Shown: positions 54,149 to 63,712, counted from the stretch's first letter. The stretch is 64,000 nucleotides of DNA from Spirochaetae bacterium HGW-Spirochaetae-3 (GCA_002839315.1 PGXV01000007.1:65934-129933); one strand, 5' to 3'. Numbers and translations: made by a program. The notes: generated by a model from the letters alone, not told the origin.

Positions 54149-55644
54149 TCGACAGATCGGGTGAAGTATTCGGCAACGAGATAGCCCGCTCGACAGGGGC
54201 CAAGGCCGGCCGGGCCAAGGCCGGCTACCTGCGCAAGTTCGGAGCCGGCGCGCGAGACGCCGGGTCGGAGCGGATACGGATAGGAGCGGTCCCCAACGCG
54301 ACGATAGGGCGGGCGCTCGGCGTCCAGGGCCTCGCCATAGACGGCTCCGGCGAGCTCCTGGACGCGGATCGCGGGATCGTTATAGGCAACATCCGCATGG
54401 GCTACGGCCATTACCGCATCGCGATGGCGATGGCGTCGGTCATAAAGCATCGCGGCTTCGTCCCGTACTGGTTCGACCTGAACGGCTACGACGATACGGT
54501 GACGGGCAGGGTCGTGTCGCACCTCGACGACCTGTACTCGTTCGGTTCCCGGCTGTCCCAGAAGAGCCGCCTGTTCAACCGCTTCTTCTGGGAGCCGCTC
54601 AACTACGAGGGCTTCAAGAAGCTGTCGTACAACGCGGCCGACCAGAAGGTAGCCGAGCTGTACGCGCCCCTGTGCGCCGCCTTCCCGCCCGGCATGCCGA
54701 TGATAACCACCCACGGCTGGCCCGCCCAGGCCGCTCTGCACGCCGGGATGACCGACGTCGTCAACGCGGTCGTCGACAACTGGCCGATGGCGCTGCACCT
54801 GGCCGAGGGCGCGCTGCACGCCGTACAGGGCCCGTCGGCGTACCTGGGGTACCGCCTGCTCCGCGAGATGCGCGACGACGGCGCTCCGTCAGTCCCTATG
54901 CCCGCGTCCGATATCCGGCTCGTCGGCCATTACGTCGACCACGAGATCGTGTCCAACCTCGAGTCCGACTGCGCCGCGCGGATCCGGCGCATCGAGTCCG
55001 GGGCGCCCAGGCGCGTCCTCATGTCCATCGGCGGCGCCGGCGCCCAGCTCGGGCTGACCATAGGGCTCGCCAAGCGCGTCGTGCCGCTCGTGAAAGACGG
55101 CAGGGCCGCCCTGTACCTGAATTTCGGCGACCATGCGGATGCCAAGGAACGCTTCGACGCGGCCATGAGCGCCTTCGATCCGTCATACGGCTCCCTCGTC
55201 GCCGAGCACGTCGGGAACTGGGCCGAGGCGTCGGCATTCGCCGCGGGCGCGATAGACGGGTCGGTATCCGGCGTCCACGCGTTCCTGGATACGGATAAAT
55301 TCGCCGCGGTCTACTGTACGAACCTGCTGATGCGGAGCTGCGACGTCCTCGTCACCAAGCCGAGCGAGCTGGCCTACTACCCGGTGCCCAAGCTGATGAC
55401 CAGGCGCGTCGGCGGCCACGAGCGCTGGGGCGCGATACGGGCGGCCGAGCTCGGCGACGGCACCTACGAGGTGGACACGGAGGAAGCCGCGGCCCAGGCG
55501 CTTACGCTGATGCTGCTCGAGGACGACATCCTGCGCATGCAGAACGAGGCTATCCTGCGCAACGCGAAGATAGGCCTGTACGACGGCTGTTACCGCGTCG
55601 TCGACCTGGCCCTGGAGCGCCGGGTCAATCCGACCCGGGCTTGA
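54145..55644 (+). CDS. Uncharacterised 499-aa protein, distant GT-B / MGDG-synthase (UgtP, GT28)-like
   Basis: Track ORF 53806-55644 trimmed to ATG 54145, which overlaps the TetR stop (ATGA). Motif-level resemblance to UgtP-type glycosyltransferases: GNIRMGYGHYRIAMAMA (cf. NYGNGHVQVAKTL), SIGGAGAQ and DVLVTKPSELAYYPVPKL (cf. MITKPGGITLTE). The functional call has low confidence. Confidence 0.6.
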   Translation: MIDRSGEVFGNEIARSTGAKAGRAKAGYLRKFGAGARDAGSERIRIGAVPNATIGRALGVQGLAIDGSGELLDADRGIVIGNIRMGYGHYRIAMAMASVIKHRGFVPYWFDLNGYDDTVTGRVVSHLDDLYSFGSRLSQKSRLFNRFFWEPLNYEGFKKLSYNAADQKVAELYAPLCAAFPPGMPMITTHGWPAQAALHAGMTDVVNAVVDNWPMALHLAEGALHAVQGPSAYLGYRLLREMRDDGAPSVPMPASDIRLVGHYVDHEIVSNLESDCAARIRRIESGAPRRVLMSIGGAGAQLGLTIGLAKRVVPLVKDGRAALYLNFGDHADAKERFDAAMSAFDPSYGSLVAEHVGNWAEASAFAAGAIDGSVSGVHAFLDTDKFAAVYCTNLLMRSCDVLVTKPSELAYYPVPKLMTRRVGGHERWGAIRAAELGDGTYEVDTEEAAAQALTLMLLEDDILRMQNEAILRNAKIGLYDGCYRVVDLALERRVNPTRA

Positions 55645-56680
55645 AGCCCGGCGCCAGGTAGCGCTCGAAGCGTCTCGTATAGCTGGCCGTGAAGAGCCGC
55701 CTGAGCGCGGGCGCCCGCTCCATGGCCCGGACGAGCGCGTCCAGGGGCCCTAGCTGCAACGCGGTGACGGCCGCGTACAGGGCGACGCCCAGTACGAAGG
55801 CCGCCGCGCCTCGCGCCGCCCCGGAGAGCGCCGGCGCGAGGCCGTCGAGGACGCCCCTCGCGCCGGGCCCGGCGGCGAATATCGCGGCGACGTTGACGAC
55901 GGCGAAGAGCGCGAGCCGGGCCGTCGACGTCTGGATCGCGGCGGCGGGGCAGGCGTTGATGCAACGATTGCAGGCCGAGCATCGGGTCGTCCAGGACGGC
56001 GAGCCGTCCTTCATGACGATGGCTGACGACGGGCAGACCCTCGCGCAGAGACCGCAGGCGGTGCACCCGTCGTCCGCTATGTATATCCGTCCGAGCATCC
56101 TGCGCGCGACGAGCCTGAATACGAACCCCACGAACCGACCCAGGCTCCGCGTGACGATGGAACGCCGCAGGAATGCGCGGCCGCCCGCGGCGATCGACCG
56201 GGCGAATTCCCTCGCCTCGCCGTCGCCGCTCTCGAGTATCGCGTCCCGGGCGTCGCCCCTCGCCGCCTGAGAGACCTGGGTCCAGTTCTCCGGGTAGGAG
56301 ACGTCGGCCGAGCCGATAGGCTCGAAGCCCTTCCGCGCGAGGGCGGAGAACGCGGTCATGGACGCCGCCCCGCTCCAGCCGCTCAGTATCCTGCCCCTCG
56401 ATCCCGTCGCTCCGCAGACGCACGCGTAGGCGGCGGCCGCGCCGTCGGAGCGCGGCGCGGACCGTATGCGCTCCATGACCGTCGACGGCGGGGAGAATCC
56501 CAGCGTCGACGAGCAGACGACCAGGAGGTCCCCCTCGCCGAGCGCCGGGATGGCCGACCCGGCCGCCAGGTCCAGCGTCTCGACGCTCTTCCCGGCCTTC
56601 TCGAGCTCGCCCGCTACGATGCCGGCCGCGCGCATCGCGTTGCCCGTGCCGGAGAATACCGCTATGACCGTCCTGTCCAT
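55625..56680 (-). CDS. EFR1-type ferredoxin: flavodoxin-like domain + 2x[4Fe-4S] + C-terminal membrane segments
   Basis: VIAVFSGTGNAMRAAG is flavodoxin-like. CTACGLCARVCPSSAI and CSACNRCINACPAAAI are the two cluster motifs. The C-terminal tail is hydrophobic. Confidence 0.8.
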   Translation of the reverse strand: MDRTVIAVFSGTGNAMRAAGIVAGELEKAGKSVETLDLAAGSAIPALGEGDLLVVCSSTLGFSPPSTVMERIRSAPRSDGAAAAYACVCGATGSRGRILSGWSGAASMTAFSALARKGFEPIGSADVSYPENWTQVSQAARGDARDAILESGDGEAREFARSIAAGGRAFLRRSIVTRSLGRFVGFVFRLVARRMLGRIYIADDGCTACGLCARVCPSSAIVMKDGSPSWTTRCSACNRCINACPAAAIQTSTARLALFAVVNVAAIFAAGPGARGVLDGLAPALSGAARGAAAFVLGVALYAAVTALQLGPLDALVRAMERAPALRRLFTASYTRRFERYLAPGFKPGSD

Positions 56681-56699
56681 GTTTCCCCTTCCGCGCGGG

Positions 56700-57989
56700 C
56701 TAGTCCGCCAGCCGCCTCTCGCCGGAGAGCGCGCGTAGCTCCGTTAGGTCCTGGCTGGCCTCGAGCACGCCCAGGTACTCGCCGCCGGGGCCCCGTAGCG
56801 CGAAGTATTCTATATGGATGAATCGGTCTTTCATAGTGATCCAGAACGCCTCTCGGTCCTTCTCGCCTCGCCGGAACGCGTCGACTATCGCGACGACCCG
56901 CCCGACGCTGGCGCCCGGATGGCAGTTGCGCACGTCGCGCCCTATGATGGCCGGGCTCCGCGGAAAGATCCGATGCGGGGAATCCGAGAACCAGCGGACC
57001 TCGTCGTTAGCGTCGACGTAGGTCATGTCCACCGGCAATGCGGCGAACATGGCCGCGAGCGCCTCTCCCGGGATGGAACCGGTCCTGCCCGAGAACCCGA
57101 GCGCGCCCGCGTCCGTTCCTGCGTCCGCGGTCCGGCGCAGAGGCGCGGGACCCGCCGCGACGAACGCCGTAGCCGCCGCGCCCGCCTCGGCGCCATGGAA
57201 CCGCGCTATCGAATCGTCGTCGAGCAGCGCCCAGCCGTACTCTAGCGTCTCGGCGAACAGGCGCTCGTCGTCCGCCGGGGACACGAGGTCCATCATCACC
57301 GGGAAGAGCGCGTAGTCCTCCCTGAAGGCGTTGGCGTTCAGGTCGAAATAGAGCCGCCCTATCGCCTTGTTGAGCGGCGCCGGATCGAGCGTCGCCCCGT
57401 CGCGTCCGGCCAGGGCGGCGTCGAGGAGCCGCGAAACGTCCTTCAGTCCCCGCCTGGCGTCGTCGTGTATCTCCCACATCAGCCGTACGCAGCGGAATTC
57501 CGGATAGCGCGCCTCGAACCACGGGAACAGTACGTTCTCCTTCTTGCGATAGTGCGTCTCGATGGCGCCTACTTCTTCTATAAGGTCCCTAAGGTCGACG
57601 ATGGTCCCGGTTCGTGTCGCGATCGGCGCCGTAGCATCGTTGATCGCCTTGGCCAGCGTCTTGCCTCTGTCCAGCGCGGCTAGCAGGGCCTCGTTCTCCG
57701 CCATGAGCGACGAGAAGAGGCGTTCCCCGGGGGGAGGCTCGCGGCGATGACGCTTGAGCGGCGTCGCCAGCAGGTTCACGAGCCTGGATACGGCCGGCTT
57801 GAGCGCGTCGAGCGGTACGCCCCTGGCCACGGCCGCGTCGACCGCCACTACCAGGTCCTCGGGCCGCGCGTCGTCTATCAGCGTCTTAGCGTCCCGTACC
57901 GCGTCGGCGTCTCCGCCCGACAGCATCGCGCCCAGGAGCGTATCGAAGCCGGCCGCCCGCCCGGCGGCGTTCATCATCGCTTCAGCCAT
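56700..57989 (-). CDS. DUF438 / hemerythrin-like / PAS-domain protein (paralog B)
   Basis: It is collinear with 49734-50987: MWEIHDDARR and YVDANDEVRWFSDSPHRIFPRSPAIIGRDVRNCHPGAS. It has a GGAGGTG RBS and lies 19 nt upstream of the EFR1 gene. Confidence 0.8.
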   Translation of the reverse strand: MAEAMMNAAGRAAGFDTLLGAMLSGGDADAVRDAKTLIDDARPEDLVVAVDAAVARGVPLDALKPAVSRLVNLLATPLKRHRREPPPGERLFSSLMAENEALLAALDRGKTLAKAINDATAPIATRTGTIVDLRDLIEEVGAIETHYRKKENVLFPWFEARYPEFRCVRLMWEIHDDARRGLKDVSRLLDAALAGRDGATLDPAPLNKAIGRLYFDLNANAFREDYALFPVMMDLVSPADDERLFAETLEYGWALLDDDSIARFHGAEAGAAATAFVAAGPAPLRRTADAGTDAGALGFSGRTGSIPGEALAAMFAALPVDMTYVDANDEVRWFSDSPHRIFPRSPAIIGRDVRNCHPGASVGRVVAIVDAFRRGEKDREAFWITMKDRFIHIEYFALRGPGGEYLGVLEASQDLTELRALSGERRLAD

Positions 57990-58072
57990 CCCGCACCTCC
58001 ACCCGCCTCCCGCGTATCGGTAAGCCGTGCTATAGTCTAACCGCTAAACGTCACGAAAGCGAGGATTCCCGC

Positions 58073-59290
58073 ATGCCGATAGCCGCCGCGATGAAGGCCG
58101 GACTGGAACGAGGCTCCTGGATACGGAAGATGTTCGAGGCCGGGATAGAGCTGAAGGCCAGGCTCGGAGCCGATGCAGTTTTCGACTTTTCCCTCGGCAA
58201 CCCCGATCTCGAGCCGCCGCGGGAGTTTTTGGATGCGCTGAAGGCCGCAGCCACCGCGGATGAGCCAGGAACGCACGCGTACATGACCAACGCCGGCTAC
58301 GCCTTCGCCCGAGCCGCGATGGCCCAGAAGGTCGCCTCCGAGCACGGCGTTCCGACGTCGACCGACGACGTCGTCATGACCGTAGGCGCGGCCGGCGCCC
58401 TCAACGTTATCCTGCATACGGTACTGAACCCCGGCGACGAGGTCGTCGTCGTCAGGCCGTACTTCGCCGAGTACTCGGCCTACGTCGAGAACCACGGCGG
58501 CGTCCTCGTGGTCGCCGACTCCGCGCCCGGCTTCTCCCTCGATCCGGCGGCCGTCGCGAGGGTACTGTCGCCGAGGACCGCGGCCATCATCGTAAACAGC
58601 CCCAATAACCCGACCGGCCGCGTCTACCCGCGGGCTGACATCGAGGCGCTCGCCGCCGTCCTGTCCGCCCACGCCTCCCGCTGCGGCCGCGCCCCGTACC
58701 TCGTCGTCGACGAACCGTACCGCGACATAGTCTACGACGGCGTCGCCGTGCCCCCCGTGCTGTCGGCCTATCCCGACAGCCTCGTCGCGTCGAGCTTCTC
58801 CAAGACCCTGTCCATACCCGGCGAGCGCCTCGGCTACATAGCCGTCAACCCCGCCTGCGCCGATAAGGCGCTGCTCGTCGCGGGCCTCGTCGCGTCCAAC
58901 CGGGTGCTCGGCTTCGTCAACGCGCCCGCCCTGATGCAGCGCGCCGTCACCGCCAGCTGGCGGGCCAAGGCGGACGTCTCGCGCTACGCCAGGCGCCGCG
59001 ACATGCTGTCGTCGGTCCTTGAAGGCGCCGGCATACGCTTCGCCCGCCCGGAAGGCGCGTTCTACCTGTTCTGCGAGGCGCCGACGAGCGCCACGCCCCT
59101 GAAGCCCGGCGAGACGGCCGACATCGCTTTCGCGATGGCCCTCAAGGACCGCGGAGTCCTGTCCGTACCCGGCGTCGGCTTCGGCTACCCCGGCTGGTTC
59201 CGCCTGTGCTACTGCGTCCCGGAGGCGACCATAGAAGGCTCCCGGGCGGCGTTCGCGTCTACGATGGAGTCTTTCGAGTATTGCGCATAG
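58073..59290 (+). CDS. Class I/II pyridoxal-phosphate-dependent aminotransferase
   Basis: FSLGNPDLEPP, NSPNNPTGRVY and SFSKTLSIPGERLGY, which contains the PLP-binding Lys. Confidence 0.9.
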   Translation: MPIAAAMKAGLERGSWIRKMFEAGIELKARLGADAVFDFSLGNPDLEPPREFLDALKAAATADEPGTHAYMTNAGYAFARAAMAQKVASEHGVPTSTDDVVMTVGAAGALNVILHTVLNPGDEVVVVRPYFAEYSAYVENHGGVLVVADSAPGFSLDPAAVARVLSPRTAAIIVNSPNNPTGRVYPRADIEALAAVLSAHASRCGRAPYLVVDEPYRDIVYDGVAVPPVLSAYPDSLVASSFSKTLSIPGERLGYIAVNPACADKALLVAGLVASNRVLGFVNAPALMQRAVTASWRAKADVSRYARRRDMLSSVLEGAGIRFARPEGAFYLFCEAPTSATPLKPGETADIAFAMALKDRGVLSVPGVGFGYPGWFRLCYCVPEATIEGSRAAFASTMESFEYCA

Positions 59291-59344
59291 ATATCAACGC
59301 TCGAGCCGGGCCGCTTCAGGTTTTTGCGTCGGGGCCTATTTCCG

Positions 59345-59374
59345 TTGACAGCCCGAACGGGCCGGGTGTATCGT
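59345..59374 (+). promoter_or_regulatory. Promoter TTGACA-N18-TATCGT of the MurNAc operon
   Basis: Read directly, about 30 nt upstream of the RAT element. Confidence 0.45.
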
Positions 59375-59402
59375 AGCCGCCGACATTATCAGCTAGACCG
59401 AC

Positions 59403-59431
59403 GGATTGTTACTGTTAAATCAGGCAAGACC
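59403..59431 (+). promoter_or_regulatory. RAT (ribonucleic antiterminator) element, binding site for a BglG/LicT/SacY-type antiterminator
   Basis: GGATTGTTACTGTTAAATCAGGCAAGACC nearly matches the Bacillus RAT consensus GGATTGTTACTG-N6-CAGGCAA(A/G)ACC. Its 3' half overlaps the left arm of the terminator. Confidence 0.85.
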
Positions 59432-59470
59432 ATTCTTCCGCGACGCGGGAGGAAGGTCTTGCCTTTTTTT
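59423..59470 (+). terminator. Intrinsic terminator overlapping the RAT element
   Basis: GGCAAGACC-a-TTCTTCC / loop gcgacgc / GGAGGAA-GGTCTTGCC, followed by TTTTTTT. This gives 9+7 bp with one G-U pair and one bulged A. Confidence 0.85.
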
Positions 59471-59505
59471 CGCCCGCGCGCGCGTCGCGGGACCAGGAGA
59501 CGTAC

Positions 59506-60405
59506 TTGATCGACCTTTCCAAGCTGACTACCGAGGGGCGAAACCCCGATACGATGGATCTTGACCGCATGACGCCCCTGGAGCTGGCGACGGCGATGAA
59601 CCGCGAGGACGCGAAAGTCGCGGGGGCCGTCGCGGAGGTCCTGCCCCAGGTCGCGCGCGCCATCGAATGGTGCGCCGAGGCCCTGCGCGAAGGCGGCCGC
59701 ATCGTCTACCTGGGCGCGGGGACGAGCGGCAGGCTCGGCGTGCTTGACGCGGTGGAGTGTCCGCCTACCTTCGGGGTGGAGCACGGCCGCGTGGTCGGGC
59801 TGATAGCCGGCGGGCCCGGCGCCTTCATGAAGGCGGTGGAAGGCGCGGAGGATAGCCAGACCCTGTGCGAGCAGGACCTGCGCGCCATCGGACTTACGAA
59901 GGCCGACGTCGTCATCGGCTTGGCCGCGAGCGGGAGGACTCCCTACGTTATCCACGGCCTGCGCTTCGCGCGGGGCTTCGGATGCAGGACCGTCGCGGTC
60001 GCCTGCAACTCGCCGTCCGCTATCGGCGCGGAGGCGGAGCTGGCGATAGAGCCCGTGGTCGGTCCCGAGGCCCTTACCGGATCGACGCGACTGAAGGCCG
60101 GCACGGCCCAGAAGATGATCCTGAACATGATATCCACGGGGAGCATGGTCTCCATCGGCAAGGCCTACGGTAACATGATGGTCGACCTGATGCAGACGAA
60201 CGCGAAGCTGAAGGTTCGCGCGGAGAATATAACCATGGAAGCGACCGGCTGCGGGCGCGAGGAGGCCAGAGAGGCGCTCGACGCCGGCGGCGGCAGCGTC
60301 AAGCTCGCCGTGGCGACCATCGCGCTCGGCTGTGGGGCCGAAGAGGCTAGGGAAAGGCTCGAACGAGCCGGGGGCCGCATACGCGGCGTCCTGACCAATC
60401 GATAA
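59506..60405 (+). CDS. murQ: N-acetylmuramic acid 6-phosphate etherase
   Basis: [14 protein letters not shown] and [23 protein letters not shown] (SIS domain). The TTG start lies 6 nt after AGGAG. Confidence 0.92.
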   Translation: MIDLSKLTTEGRNPDTMDLDRMTPLELATAMNREDAKVAGAVAEVLPQVARAIEWCAEALREGGRIVYLGAGTSGRLGVLDAVECPPTFGVEHGRVVGLIAGGPGAFMKAVEGAEDSQTLCEQDLRAIGLTKADVVIGLAASGRTPYVIHGLRFARGFGCRTVAVACNSPSAIGAEAELAIEPVVGPEALTGSTRLKAGTAQKMILNMISTGSMVSIGKAYGNMMVDLMQTNAKLKVRAENITMEATGCGREEAREALDAGGGSVKLAVATIALGCGAEEARERLERAGGRIRGVLTNR

Positions 60406-60418
60406 GGAGGAGCTCGAC

Positions 60419-61834
60419 ATGACGAACGAGGAACTGGCTAAGAAGATCGTAGAGCTGGCGGGCGGCAAGGGTAACGTGCTGAGGGCGCAGAACTGCATGA
60501 CCCGCTGCAGGATCGACCTGGCGGATAGCGCGAAGGCCGATGTCGCCGCGCTCAAGGCGACCGACGGGGTGCTCGGCGTGGTGGCCGACGGCGGCGCCAT
60601 CCAGGTGGTCCTGGGGCCGGGAAAGGCCAAGAAAGTGACGGACGCCGTCCAGGCCGAGCTCGGAGGGGGCGTCGTGACCGAGGACTGGAAGTCCAACAAG
60701 GAAGCCATCAAGCAGGGCCGGAAGCAGAACGCCTTCAAGGCCGTCATCAAGCTGATCGCCGACATCTTCATCCCGCTCATCCCCGCCATCATCGCGGCGG
60801 GCCTCTTCAACGGCCTCGGAAGCCTGATAAGCACGCTTATCGGCCAGCAGGTCCTTCCCGCGGCTGGCTTCTGGAAGGCCACGCAGCTCGTCTTCCAGCT
60901 TCTGGGCGGCGGCTTCCTTGGCTACTTCGCCATCTATACCGGCATCAACGCCGCCAAACAGTTCGGCGCTAACGAGGCCTTGGGCGGTATGCTGGGCGCG
61001 GCGTCCATCGGCGCTAACATCGTTCAGCTGTCTACCATGCTGGGGCTCTATAACAAGGACGTCCCCCTCAACTCGATCCTGACGACGGGCAAGGGCGGCA
61101 TCATCGGCGTCATCTTCGGCGTCTGGATCCTTTCCAAGGTGGAGAAGGCCATCCGCAAGCGCGTCCCCGACGTGCTGGACCTGGTCGTGACCCCCTTCCT
61201 GACGATGCTCGTCACGGGGCTCGTGTTCGTGTTCGCCATCATGCCCGCCGCCGGCTTCTTCTCCGACGGACTGGTCGCGATCCTGGGCGTAATAATCAAT
61301 TCCTCCAACCCCGTGGTCAGCGTGATCAGCGGTTACGTACTGTCGGCGCTCTTCCTCCCGATGGTCCTCATGGGCCTGCACCACGGCCTGATACCCATCT
61401 ACGCGGTCCAGCTCCAGAACATGGGCGGCGTCTCCCTCTTCCCCGTCCTGGCCATGGCCGGCGCGGGACAGGTCGGCGCGGCCATCGCCATCTACCTGAT
61501 GGCCAAGAAGGCCAAGAACGAGCGCATGATGAAGATCATCGCGGGCGCCCTTCCCGCCGGCTTCCTCGGCGTCGGGGAGCCCCTGATCTACGGCGTTACG
61601 CTCCCCCTGTTCAAGCCCTTCATCACGGCGGGGCTGGGCGCGGGCTTCGGCGGCGCCTACGTCATGCTGACCCACGTCATGGCCAGCGCCTGGGGCCCCT
61701 CCGGCCTGGTGGCCATCCCCATCATGCAGCCCCAGCACATGCTCAACTACTTCATCGGCCTCGTCATCTCGTATATCGGCGGCTTCGTCGTTACGAGCCT
61801 GGCCATGTCGGAGAAAGACCTCAGGAATGCATAG
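60419..61834 (+). CDS. murP: PTS EIIBC component, N-acetylmuramic acid-type
   Basis: The N-terminal EIIB reads GGKGNVLRAQNCMTRCRIDL and carries the phospho-Cys. A polytopic EIIC follows. The substrate call rests on context between murQ and mupG. Confidence 0.8.
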   Translation: MTNEELAKKIVELAGGKGNVLRAQNCMTRCRIDLADSAKADVAALKATDGVLGVVADGGAIQVVLGPGKAKKVTDAVQAELGGGVVTEDWKSNKEAIKQGRKQNAFKAVIKLIADIFIPLIPAIIAAGLFNGLGSLISTLIGQQVLPAAGFWKATQLVFQLLGGGFLGYFAIYTGINAAKQFGANEALGGMLGAASIGANIVQLSTMLGLYNKDVPLNSILTTGKGGIIGVIFGVWILSKVEKAIRKRVPDVLDLVVTPFLTMLVTGLVFVFAIMPAAGFFSDGLVAILGVIINSSNPVVSVISGYVLSALFLPMVLMGLHHGLIPIYAVQLQNMGGVSLFPVLAMAGAGQVGAAIAIYLMAKKAKNERMMKIIAGALPAGFLGVGEPLIYGVTLPLFKPFITAGLGAGFGGAYVMLTHVMASAWGPSGLVAIPIMQPQHMLNYFIGLVISYIGGFVVTSLAMSEKDLRNA

Positions 61835-62882
61835 AGGACTGGGCCGCTCCGTATTCGTATCCACCTTCCCGCGGGACGAGGCCGGTCTGGCCTCCCGCCC
61901 CGGCGGCGGGGACCCGGTCTTCACTTCCCTGCATATAGCGGAAGAGTTCGACGGGACCTTCGCCGCGCGGGCGAGGGCCATGTGCCTGCGCCTGGCCGAG
62001 CTGGGCTACGAGGTGGTCGCGGACGTATCGAAGCGAACGCTCGACGTCTTCGGCGAATCGGACGTCGCGGAGCTGGCCCTTTCTCTGCGCCTCTCGGCGC
62101 TACGCCTGGATTACGGCTTTTCCTTAGAGGAGACGGAGGCTGTCGCCCGGCGCGTCCCCGTCTGCCTCAACGCCTCCACCCTGCCGCCCGAGCACATCGC
62201 CCGCGTCGCTCGGTCGGGAGCAAGGGTCGTCGGCATGCATAACTACTACCCTCGCCCCGAGACGGGGCTCGACGACGATCGGCTCGCGGCGACCAACCGC
62301 GCCCTCGCGGGCCTTGGCGTCGAGGCCTGGTCCTTCGTAGCGGGGGACCTAGAGCTGCGCGGCCCCCTGCGCTTGGGGTTGCCCACGGCGGAGTCCCACC
62401 GCGGCGCCGCGCCCTACGCGGCCTACGTGGACTCGCTGCTGCGCCTCGGCGCGGTCGGCGTCATGGTCGGCGACGGGCCCCTCGGCGACTACGACGCCGG
62501 ACTGGCGCGATCCTTCGCCGAGACGGGAACGATAGCCCTTCCCGTCGACTTCCTCGACCCGTATCGCTATCTTGAAGGGACCGCCTTCACGGTCCGCGCC
62601 GATTCGCCCGCCCGCGTCTTGCGCCTGCAGGAATCGCGCGAGTACGCGACGGCGGGAGCGCGTATCGACCCGTACAACGCCCTGGAGCGCAAGACGGGAT
62701 CGGTAACGATGGACAACGCCGGCTATCTGCGCTATTCGGGGGAGATACAGGTGACGCGGGAGGACCTGCCCGCGGACCCGAGGGTGAACGTGATAGGACG
62801 CGTACCGCCGCGCTATTCGCTACTGCTACGGAACTGCGCTCCTGGCGCCAGGATTAAATTCGCGCCGCCGGAGGGACGATGA
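61827..62882 (+). CDS. mupG: DUF871 / MupG-like 6-phospho-N-acetylmuramidase
   Basis: GRSVFVS...FTSLHIAEEF at the N-terminus, a TIM-barrel-sized protein, and position within the murQ-murP operon. Confidence 0.7.
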   Translation: MHRGLGRSVFVSTFPRDEAGLASRPGGGDPVFTSLHIAEEFDGTFAARARAMCLRLAELGYEVVADVSKRTLDVFGESDVAELALSLRLSALRLDYGFSLEETEAVARRVPVCLNASTLPPEHIARVARSGARVVGMHNYYPRPETGLDDDRLAATNRALAGLGVEAWSFVAGDLELRGPLRLGLPTAESHRGAAPYAAYVDSLLRLGAVGVMVGDGPLGDYDAGLARSFAETGTIALPVDFLDPYRYLEGTAFTVRADSPARVLRLQESREYATAGARIDPYNALERKTGSVTMDNAGYLRYSGEIQVTREDLPADPRVNVIGRVPPRYSLLLRNCAPGARIKFAPPEGR

Positions 62883-63712
62883 GGATAGAGCGGGTCATCA
62901 ATAACAACGTCGTGGTAGCCCTCGACCCGCGCGGCCGCGAGGTCGTCGCCATGGGCAGGGGCCTGGGCTTCCAGCGTCGCCCGGGCGATACCGCTGCTGA
63001 CGAGGGCGTAGAGAAGGTCTTCGTCCTGAGCTCCGCCGAGATGGCTACCAAGTTCGAGCAGGCGGTCGCCGAGATCCCCCTGGAGCATATCCTGCTGGCC
63101 GAGCGCGTGATCGCCTACGCGCGGGAGAGGCTCGGCCGGAAGCTGCACGACAGTATCTACGTGACCCTGCCGGACCACATGAGTACCGCCTTGGAGCGGA
63201 AGGCGTCCGGAATGGCGCTCAAGAACCCGATGCTCTACGAAATAAAGCGCTTCTACCGCGACGAGTACGAGGTGGGGCTGCGCGCGCTTGAGTTCGTCGA
63301 GGAATCGACCGGGGTCGAGTTCGACGAGGACGAGGCGGGCTTTATCGCCATGCATTTCGTCAACGCGTCCCTCGACGGCGATATGGAAGGCTTCCAGGCC
63401 GTTACCCGCGTCATCGAAGGCATACTCGGCGTCGCGGAAGAGCACCTGGGGGAGCGGAAGGACGAGGATTCCATCTCCTGGTACCGCTTCGTCACCCACG
63501 TCCGTTTCTTCGCCCAGCGCGTCGTCGCGGGCAAGGACTACCCGGACGTCGACTTCGAATTGTACGACATAGTTAAAGAGAAGTACGCCGACTCCTTCTC
63601 CTGCGCCAGGCTCGCCGCCGACTTCGTCGCCGCCGAGCTAGGCCATAGGGTGAGCAAGGAAGAGATGGCGTACCTGACATTGCACATCCAGCGGCTCATG
63701 AGCCGAGTATAA
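62879..63712 (+). CDS. licT: BglG/LicT/SacY family transcription antiterminator (CAT + 2 PRD)
   Basis: MRIERVINNNVVVALDPRGREVVAMGRGLGFQRRPGD is the CAT RNA-binding domain. The PRD His contexts are AGFIAMHFVNA and AYLTLHIQR. The start overlaps the upstream stop (ATGA). Confidence 0.88.
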   Translation: MRIERVINNNVVVALDPRGREVVAMGRGLGFQRRPGDTAADEGVEKVFVLSSAEMATKFEQAVAEIPLEHILLAERVIAYARERLGRKLHDSIYVTLPDHMSTALERKASGMALKNPMLYEIKRFYRDEYEVGLRALEFVEESTGVEFDEDEAGFIAMHFVNASLDGDMEGFQAVTRVIEGILGVAEEHLGERKDEDSISWYRFVTHVRFFAQRVVAGKDYPDVDFELYDIVKEKYADSFSCARLAADFVAAELGHRVSKEEMAYLTLHIQRLMSRV

